From a virus (Duplodnaviria > Caudoviricetes): DNA of 64,000 bases. The notes beneath the pieces are model-generated. The model was not told where the DNA came from. It did no database searches and saw only the letters and a list, made by a program, of their open reading frames with translations. The position numbers and the translations under genes are program-made. Of this stretch, positions 57,567 to 64,000 are shown in pieces (position 1 is the first letter of the stretch; each line of letters opens with the position of its first letter). Location: the IMG/VR virus record IMGVR_UViG_3300028048_000042, one strand, 5' to 3'.

Positions 57567-58961
57567 ATGCACGTTACAGATGCTTATAAAGAAAAAACAA
57601 GAGAATTGTTGTCTTATATGTTGTTGGATAAGAAATTCGTAGTTTTATCCATGACAAGATTGCGCAATGAATTCTTCCTTGGCAGAGTTTCGAAGTTGTT
57701 ATATACCATTGTTATGGATTATTACAACAAACATCAAGAAATTATTACAGAAGAACGTCTTGGTGAACAAATTAATAATCATAAGTCTCAGTTAAAAACT
57801 GCTGATGATAGACTTGCATTAATTAAATTGTTTGGTGAAGCAAGTGCTCAAAAAGAAACGTTGTCTAAGGATGCAGAGGGTGAAAGTAATTTCAAGGGTT
57901 TGATGGAAGAATTTATCAACGAATACAAGCGTGATAAAATTCTTGATATGGCAAACATTTCCCTTAATTCTGATATAAAATCTCTTAATGAAGAAGGTAT
58001 GGAAGAAGTCACTAAAAAATTGATGGCAAATCTTCTTGATATTGAGAGTACAAAATATGATGTTCGCCGTGAAGGTTCTTTGATTGATAATGCACAAGAA
58101 CGACTTGATAGATATAAAGCAATTGAACAAGACCCATCTAGTGTGAATTTGCTTAAATCAGGATTTAAACACATTGATGAATCAATCATTGGGTGGTCTG
58201 AAGGGTCAGAAAATATTGTTTGTGGTCGTAAAGGTGACGGTAAATCAGTCATGCTTTTGAACCTTGGACATAATCTTTGGAAACAGGGCGAAAATGTAAT
58301 CTTTTTCTCTTTGGAAATTGATAAAGAACAGTATGAACGCCGTTGGGATGCTCGTGCAGCTCTTGTGAGTTCTAAAGGATTAAAAGGTGGTATGCTTGAT
58401 GAAAAGGACAGACAGTGTTATATTAAATATATTGAAGCCATGAAACAAGGTAAGGATATGTTTGGTAATACTGTTGGTGATGTGTATATCGTTGACTGTC
58501 CATCTAAAGTTACTGCAAATTATATTTCTGCTAAAGTGGAAGAAGTAGAACGTGCTATGGGTAAGGAATATAAAGTAGTAATTGTAGACTATATGGGGAT
58601 TATGCAAGCCGTTAGTCCAACAGGCACTCCACATATTGATTTTGGTAATATTGCTTTGGAATTAAAACAATTTGCTCGTGACAAGCGTAAAGTTTTGTTT
58701 ACCGCAGTTCAGATGAACCGTTCAGGTAAGAAGGATATGGATGGTAAGAATGCTAAAGCTGATACTGATAGTATTGCAGGTTCAGATAGCATTGCAGACC
58801 ATGCAGATACAATTTTTGTTGTTCGCTCTTTGGATGAAGAAACGGCTTTGGTTGAATCGTCTAAAACTCGTGATGGTAGCCATTTTAGTTTCCATATTCA
58901 GAAAAAGTATGACCAAATGTATATGCTTGAAATTGACAATTCAGATTGGGAAGAAGCGTAG
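57567..58961 (+). CDS. dnaB: DnaB-like replicative helicase
   Basis: GRKGDGKS, FFSLEI, VIVDYMGIM, LKQFA..TAVQMNR, KTRDG. Confidence 0.88.
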   Translation: MHVTDAYKEKTRELLSYMLLDKKFVVLSMTRLRNEFFLGRVSKLLYTIVMDYYNKHQEIITEERLGEQINNHKSQLKTADDRLALIKLFGEASAQKETLSKDAEGESNFKGLMEEFINEYKRDKILDMANISLNSDIKSLNEEGMEEVTKKLMANLLDIESTKYDVRREGSLIDNAQERLDRYKAIEQDPSSVNLLKSGFKHIDESIIGWSEGSENIVCGRKGDGKSVMLLNLGHNLWKQGENVIFFSLEIDKEQYERRWDARAALVSSKGLKGGMLDEKDRQCYIKYIEAMKQGKDMFGNTVGDVYIVDCPSKVTANYISAKVEEVERAMGKEYKVVIVDYMGIMQAVSPTGTPHIDFGNIALELKQFARDKRKVLFTAVQMNRSGKKDMDGKNAKADTDSIAGSDSIADHADTIFVVRSLDEETALVESSKTRDGSHFSFHIQKKYDQMYMLEIDNSDWEEA

Positions 58962-58984
58962 TTCATCCCAAAAGAGGATAAAAT

Positions 58985-59614
58985 ATGAATTACGAAGAAA
59001 TTAAAGAACAAAGAAAATGGATAAATGAACATATTGACGGTGTAGATTATTTAAAACAACTGATTAAATTGAAGAAGATGGGCAATATCTATACCGCACT
59101 TTGTCCTTTTCATAAAGAAAAAACACCATCGCTTAGAGTTTACCCTGAAGGACATAAGGGAGAAGACGGTACGCCACAAGACCATACATCTTGGTACTGT
59201 TTTGGATGTAAAAAGGGTGGAGATATTGTTAAGTTCGAAGAATTGTACTATGATTGTGATACAGCAGAACAAGCTATTGAAAGCATAAAGGCTAAGTACA
59301 ATCTTGAATATAGTGGAGATATTCATTTGAACGAAATGCGAAAATCTCTACTAGAAATGCAAGCCCCCACAGTTAGTGCAAAATTTAGTTTACAAGAAGT
59401 AAATTTGATTTGTTCAGAAATGTGTAGAAATCATCTTCATGAAGTTTTGCATAAATATCCTGAACAATTTGATGAACATTTTAAAAAAATTCAGTCAATT
59501 TATGACAAATTGGACAAGGAACTTAGTAAAAGAAACGCAATTGAAGCGGAAATTCTTATAAATCTCACACAAAATTCATTAAAAAACATGAAAATGATGT
59601 TGACAAAACAATGA
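58985..59614 (+). CDS. CHC2 zinc-finger protein (primase ZBD without TOPRIM)
   Basis: CPFHKEKTPS..WYCFGCKKGGD; 209 aa only. Confidence 0.8.
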   Translation: MNYEEIKEQRKWINEHIDGVDYLKQLIKLKKMGNIYTALCPFHKEKTPSLRVYPEGHKGEDGTPQDHTSWYCFGCKKGGDIVKFEELYYDCDTAEQAIESIKAKYNLEYSGDIHLNEMRKSLLEMQAPTVSAKFSLQEVNLICSEMCRNHLHEVLHKYPEQFDEHFKKIQSIYDKLDKELSKRNAIEAEILINLTQNSLKNMKMMLTKQ

Positions 59615-59628
59615 AGGTTGTGTATAAT
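59600..59628 (+). promoter_or_regulatory. Consensus sigma-A promoter for HU 1
   Basis: TTGACA-17 nt-TATAAT. Confidence 0.88.
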
Positions 59629-59688
59629 ATAAATGTAAGTTGGTTCGAATGAACCGAAAATAAACAAAAAAGAAAGAGGAATTTAATT

Positions 59689-59967
59689 ATGACTAAGAAG
59701 GACATTGTAAATGTAGTAGCAGAGAATGTAGAAATGACTAAGGCTGATGTTGAGAAAGTTGTAAATGCAACTATCGAAGCTATCGAAAATGCCCTTGTAA
59801 ATGGTGACAACGTTCAGTTCACAGGTTTCGGTACTTTTGAGGTTCGCGAACGTGCAGAGCGTAAGGGTCGCAATCCTAAGACAGGTGAGGAACTTGTGAT
59901 TCCTGCAAGCAAAACTCCTGCTTTCAAGGTAGGTAAGTCCTTTAAGAATGCTGTCAACGGCAAGTGA
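59689..59967 (+). CDS. hup: HU DNA-binding protein 1
   Basis: GFGTFEVRERAERKGRNPKTGEELVIPASKTPAFK. Confidence 0.95.
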   Translation: MTKKDIVNVVAENVEMTKADVEKVVNATIEAIENALVNGDNVQFTGFGTFEVRERAERKGRNPKTGEELVIPASKTPAFKVGKSFKNAVNGK

Positions 59968-60017
59968 TTAATTCCAAGACTTGCCGATAGATAGATTTCA
60001 GGTTTTTCATAATCCCC

Positions 60018-60048
60018 AAAAAAGGCGATATGTATATCGCCTTTTTTT
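60018..60048 (+). terminator. Rho-independent terminator
   Basis: AAAAAAGGCGATAT-gt-ATATCGCCTTTTTT. Confidence 0.85.
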
Positions 60049-60072
60049 ATTGGAAAATGTTTTAAAAAATTG

Positions 60073-60101
60073 TTGACAAAACATTTAGAAAGAGTTATAA
60101 T
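60073..60101 (+). promoter_or_regulatory. Consensus sigma-A promoter
   Basis: TTGACA-17 nt-TATAAT. Confidence 0.88.
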
Positions 60102-60122
60102 ATAATCAAAGGAGAGAAGAAA

Positions 60123-60350
60123 ATGAAAATAAAATTTGGGAATATAAAAAATAAGAAATTGCAAGCAATACTTAAAATGAATGAATATATTATTCGCCAT
60201 GGAGAAGAAACAAAAATTTGTGAAAAGATGGTTGATGAAATTCTTGTACAATTCCTTTCTAAACAAATTGTACAAGATAATGAAGATGATTTAGAGTTGG
60301 ATGAAACAAAATCCTTGCAGTTAATATTGTTAAGAGTTTTTGGAATTTGA
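60123..60350 (+). CDS. Hypothetical protein
   Basis: AAGGAG SD directly behind the promoter. Confidence 0.6.
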   Translation: MKIKFGNIKNKKLQAILKMNEYIIRHGEETKICEKMVDEILVQFLSKQIVQDNEDDLELDETKSLQLILLRVFGI

Positions 60351-60364
60351 AGGGAGAATATAAA

Positions 60365-61147
60365 ATGGGCGCACTGAGTGTTTTGTTGATGCTTGTAGGA
60401 ATAATTTTAGTTGGTTTTGCATTATTCTATTTACTTGGGGGTATTATTTGGGGGTTAATTTGTGTAGTATTTGCAGCTATTAGGGGATTGTTTAATGGTG
60501 CATATCATTTGGCAAACAAACGTCAGATTGACCCTGAATATGCAGAATATATGGAAATGCAGGAGAAAAACAAACAGTTTGCTAAAGAAATGCAAACTCG
60601 TTTGAAAAAAGAAAATTCTCAGCAGGAAGCATATGACCGCCTTGCTTACTCTGTTTCTAAGAGAGTCAATGATTTGAAGGTAAAATATCCTCTTGCAGAT
60701 AAGTATTTGTTCGATGAATTTATTGATGCTTTCACCTCTCGTACCATTGCAGAAAGTAAACAGATTGAAAAGCAGATTGAAATGTCTCACAATGCAAAGT
60801 TACAGTCTACTCAATCCTATAATAAGGAAAAGAAATATGAACTCCGTGAAGTGAAGAATTTCAATAAAGTTTCGGAGAAATCGTTTGAAGAGGTAACAGT
60901 AACAGTTTATCAAAATGGTTTGGATTACATTGTTGTTATTCATAATGACAAAACTGATTCTAATGTGATGTATGTTACTCAGAGTATTGTTGTGGCTAAT
61001 CAGATGGCAATTAATGTGATTGACAAAGCAAGCCATAATTATTACAAGAATACTGCACACGTTGAAGAAAAGACCAATACTATTATGACGGAATCAGATG
61101 TAAATGATTTGATTGCATATACACTCAATATGGTAAATAAAAAATAA
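60365..61147 (+). CDS. Membrane protein (N-terminal transmembrane helices)
   Basis: About 45-aa hydrophobic N-terminus; GGGAG SD before ATG 60365. Confidence 0.6.
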   Translation: MGALSVLLMLVGIILVGFALFYLLGGIIWGLICVVFAAIRGLFNGAYHLANKRQIDPEYAEYMEMQEKNKQFAKEMQTRLKKENSQQEAYDRLAYSVSKRVNDLKVKYPLADKYLFDEFIDAFTSRTIAESKQIEKQIEMSHNAKLQSTQSYNKEKKYELREVKNFNKVSEKSFEEVTVTVYQNGLDYIVVIHNDKTDSNVMYVTQSIVVANQMAINVIDKASHNYYKNTAHVEEKTNTIMTESDVNDLIAYTLNMVNKK

Positions 61148-61319
61148 ACCAATGTAGAATGTAATGTAAAATTTAACTGAAATCAAAAAGACAAATAATT
61201 GACTCAAATACACTCGCAAATAAAAGTTTTTTGTGAGTGTATTTTATTGATGGAAATCGAAAGTTAGTTTGTTAATATTTTGATTGAATTTAATTTTAAT
61301 TTAACATAGGTGATTAATT

Positions 61320-61595
61320 ATGAAAAAACGTGATATGGCTAAAGCCGTTTCTGAACGTTTAGATGGACTTTCCTTGGTTCAGATTGAGGATTGCATTGAT
61401 GTGTTTTTCGAAGTTTTGGCAGATTGCCTTGCTGAAGGTGAAGCATACAATCAGAAAAACTTTGGTACATTTAAGCGTATTGACCGTGCTCCTAGAAAAG
61501 GTCGCAACCCACAGACTCGTGAGACTGTAGAAATTCCTGCAACTCGTGCGTTGAAGGTTGTTGTTTCTAAGGCTCTAAAAGAAAAATTAAATTAA
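61320..61595 (+). CDS. HU/IHF-family protein 2
   Basis: NFGTFKRIDRAPRKGRNPQTRETVEIPA..SKALKEKLN. Confidence 0.9.
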   Translation: MKKRDMAKAVSERLDGLSLVQIEDCIDVFFEVLADCLAEGEAYNQKNFGTFKRIDRAPRKGRNPQTRETVEIPATRALKVVVSKALKEKLN

Positions 61596-61603
61596 ACAAT
61601 AAT

Positions 61604-61631
61604 GAGGGATATAGATTAATCTATATCCCTC
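61604..61631. repeat. Perfect 28-bp palindrome after HU 2
   Basis: GAGGGATATAGATT|AATCTATATCCCTC. Confidence 0.9.
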
Positions 61632-61763
61632 TGTTGCTTAAAATATGACTTTAAAATCAAGGTATTTAATAAGTGGAAAAATAAAAATTTTTGACACGTA
61701 AAGAGGTGAAAAGGTTTAACTGTTATCTTATTTTTTCCAACAATAATAGTTTTACCTATAAAA

Positions 61764-62126
61764 ATGAATATGTCACAATATTTTGATGAAGAAACTTTGG
61801 CTTGTCCACATTGCGGTTGGATGCCTGAGGATGGTGTAGAAAAGGATTTAGCTGAATTCCTAGATGCTTTGCAGGAAGAAATTGATGAACCTTTAGAAGT
61901 TGTTAGTTGCATTCGCTGTCGTGAGTATAATGAGCTTATTGGTGGATTCGAAAATAGTTATCACATTCAGGGTATTGCAGTTGACCTCGGAGTTCCAACA
62001 GAAATGACAATTGAGGAATTTGCAGATTTGTGTGAAGAACTCGGAGCAGAAGGGTTGGTACTAAAACATGATGAAAGAATTGTTCACGTTGATATGCGTG
62101 GATATAAAGAAAGAATTGATATTTGA
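61764..62126 (+). CDS. Peptidase M15A-like Zn peptidase
   Basis: F..E..CPHCG, S.IRC..N..IGG..SYH..G.AVDL, VHVDMRG. Confidence 0.8.
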   Translation: MNMSQYFDEETLACPHCGWMPEDGVEKDLAEFLDALQEEIDEPLEVVSCIRCREYNELIGGFENSYHIQGIAVDLGVPTEMTIEEFADLCEELGAEGLVLKHDERIVHVDMRGYKERIDI

Positions 62127-62136
62127 TTTCTTGTAG

Positions 62137-62180
62137 AAGTCGTTACATGATGAAACTTATGTAGCGACTTTTATTTTTTT
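62137..62180 (+). terminator. Terminator
   Basis: AAGTCGTTACAT...ATGTAGCGACTT then T-rich tract. Confidence 0.65.
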
Positions 62181-62226
62181 TTAAAAAATATATATAATAT
62201 GAAGGACAATAAAGGAGGTTAATAAG

Positions 62227-62463
62227 ATGGAGTATTTAAAAGATAGGATTTTACTTAGTATTCCAATGGTTTGCTTTTTTTACGTTGCAACACTGAATTA
62301 TGGGGCGATTGGATATGCGGTCTTCGGAGAAGGTATGCTGTCTATTCCGATGGCTTTATTCGTTCTTTGGATTGCTTGCTTACTTGCCATTTTTGAAGTT
62401 GACGTAATTTCAAAACTTTGGAATTTTGCAAAGGAAAAATGGGGTGGACGAAAAAATGATTAA
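62227..62463 (+). CDS. Small two-TM membrane protein
   Basis: AAAGGAGGT SD; two hydrophobic segments and a basic C-terminus. Confidence 0.6.
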   Translation: MEYLKDRILLSIPMVCFFYVATLNYGAIGYAVFGEGMLSIPMALFVLWIACLLAIFEVDVISKLWNFAKEKWGGRKND

Positions 62464-62797
62464 GGTTTTTTCAAAAATGATTATATCTGAAAAAGAACCA
62501 AAGCAATATTTTCAGGGCGTTGTAGGAACGAGAATTAAATTGTATACGGATGAAGGAGTAGAATCTTCAGGTATATGTATTGCACATTTTACAGGAATAG
62601 ATGAAGAAAATTATTTTGACGTAGAAAATAATTTGACTGCTTTGCAGGAATTTATGCCTGAAGCAAATGTAATCAATGAGTATGGTTTGGAGTATGAATT
62701 TGATGAACCAATGAAATTAAATTTCTATATTACAAATGTAGAACATCCTTTTAAATTGTATGTAGAAGTTGAAGATGGGAGCGAAGACGTTGAGTAA
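62456..62797 (+). CDS. Hypothetical acidic protein
   Basis: ATG 62456 overlaps the end of the upstream gene; GGGGTGG SD. Confidence 0.55.
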   Translation: MIKVFSKMIISEKEPKQYFQGVVGTRIKLYTDEGVESSGICIAHFTGIDEENYFDVENNLTALQEFMPEANVINEYGLEYEFDEPMKLNFYITNVEHPFKLYVEVEDGSEDVE

Positions 62798-64000
62798 AGC
62801 AACAGAAGTAAAAGCGGAATATGGTGTAAAACAAATTCATGTACTTAAAGGTCTTGAAGCGGTGCAACAGCGTCCTGGTATGTATATAGGTAGTACATCA
62901 CAGTCAGGTATTGACCAACTTGTATATGAAGTTATTGATAATAGTATTGATGAATTTGTAGCAGGTTGGGGTGATGAAATTTCTGTTACTATTCGTAAGG
63001 ATTACTCTGTAGAAGTGGTTGACCATGCTCGTGGTATTCCTGTTGGTATTAGTGATACATTTAAGGATGATGAAGGTAATCCTATAGATACATTGACAGG
63101 TATTCTTACAAACCTTCATGCAGGTGGTAAATTTTCATCTGAGGGGTACAAATGTTCATCAGGTTTGCACGGCGTTGGCACTAAATGCGTCAATGCATTG
63201 AGTGATTCTTTTGATGTTGTAGTAAAACGTGATGGCTATACTTGGCATCAGCATTTTTGCAAAGGTAATCCAACAACAAAAGTGGAAAAACTTGAAGTCA
63301 CAAAAGAAACAGGTACAACAATTGTATATCATCCTGATAAGAAAATTTTTAAATTGACGCTACAGCCGAGTGAACATGTTAAACATCGTTTGAAAGAATT
63401 AGCTTCGCTTAATGCAGGGTTAAAAATCATTTATAAGAATGAGATTACAAAAGATGAACAAGAATATCTTTTTACTAACGGTGTAGAAGGTTATACCCTT
63501 GCTATGGTTGAAGGTAAAAAGAAATTGTACGACAAACCTTTAACCTTTAATAAAGTTTATAAGCAGGAAGGTCAACATGACATTATTTGTGATATTTCTT
63601 TTATTCATGATGATGAAGTAGAGCCAAATAGTCAATTAAAGTCATTTGCTAATAACATTAATACTTATGAAGGTGGTTATCACTTAAAAGGATTTAAAGA
63701 TTCTTTCAAAGAATGTATTAACTCCTACGGCATTGATAAAAAACTTATTAAAGAACCTATTGAAATGCAGTATTTAATGGATGGTATTCATGCTACAATT
63801 TCCATTAAATTGTATGACCCTGAGTTTGAAGGTCAGACAAAAACGAAACTTGGCAGTGAAGAAGCTCAGACAGCAGTAAATGCAGTAATGCATGAATTCT
63901 TTGATGAAATTTCAAAGAAAAAGGATTACAAGCCAATTCTTGATGCTATTGTAAATCGTGCTAGTAAGACTAAGGAAGCAGAACTTGCTGCTAGAAAAGC
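62790..64000 (+). CDS. gyrB: Type II topoisomerase B subunit (GyrB/ParE), 3' end outside window; absent from the ORF track
   Basis: Manual translation from TTG 62790: IHVLKGLEAVQQRPGMYIG, YEVIDNSIDE, DHARGIP, LHAGGKF, SGLHGVG, FANNINTYEGG, PEFEGQTKTKL. Confidence 0.92.
   Translation, partial: MSKATEVKAEYGVKQIHVLKGLEAVQQRPGMYIGSTSQSGIDQLVYEVIDNSIDEFVAGWGDEISVTIRKDYSVEVVDHARGIPVGISDTFKDDEGNPIDTLTGILTNLHAGGKFSSEGYKCSSGLHGVGTKCVNALSDSFDVVVKRDGYTWHQHFCKGNPTTKVEKLEVTKETGTTIVYHPDKKIFKLTLQPSEHVKHRLKELASLNAGLKIIYKNEITKDEQEYLFTNGVEGYTLAMVEGKKKLYDKPLTFNKVYKQEGQHDIICDISFIHDDEVEPNSQLKSFANNINTYEGGYHLKGFKDSFKECINSYGIDKKLIKEPIEMQYLMDGIHATISIKLYDPEFEGQTKTKLGSEEAQTAVNAVMHEFFDEISKKKDYKPILDAIVNRASKTKEAELAARK

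Noticed and set aside
59641-59657. GGTTCGAAT resembling a tRNA T-loop
   Set aside because: Only a 5-bp hairpin (GGTTC-gaat-GAACC) in the HU leader; no room for a cloverleaf.
28-63119. Many short minus-strand and alternate-frame ORFs in the track
   Set aside because: They overlap well-supported plus-strand genes, lack an SD and have shadow-frame composition; only 4887..5177 was kept.
1-64000. Stop-codon reassignment
   Set aside because: Code 11 gives dense long ORFs, and TAA, TGA and TAG all end genes next to the following RBS.

Overview
A 64-kb segment of a large, AT-rich, probably jumbo myophage genome with a Firmicutes-type host (inferred from sigma-A-like promoters, strong Shine-Dalgarno sites and an HU protein). 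Standard genetic code; almost all genes are on the + strand. About 1-50.2 kb is a contractile-tail module: end of the sheath gene, two tube paralogues, two tail-assembly-chaperone paralogues, THREE full-length paralogous tape-measure proteins (~2000 aa each, each with a different C-terminal cell-wall-hydrolase cassette), tube initiator, LysM-bearing hub, three Lys/Ala-rich ORFs (two share a repeated leader), spike, gp25, baseplate J, a wedge protein fused to a degenerate glycoside-hydrolase-like domain, and two paralogous distal tail proteins. The module is interrupted by an HNH+methyltransferase insert, an IS607 (tnpA+tnpB) and a frameshifted Vsr-like endonuclease. About 50.3-64 kb is a replication module: PC4-like SSB, SF2 helicase, DnaC-like loader, DnaB, a stand-alone primase zinc finger, two HU paralogues, an M15 peptidase and the 5' part of gyrB. 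Strongest leads: (1) the triple tape-measure, multi-hydrolase tail, and (2) an SF2 helicase carrying a class-3 intein in Walker A and an apparently naturally split, endonuclease-bearing intein in motif II. All family calls come from motif recognition by eye; no searches or counts were run.
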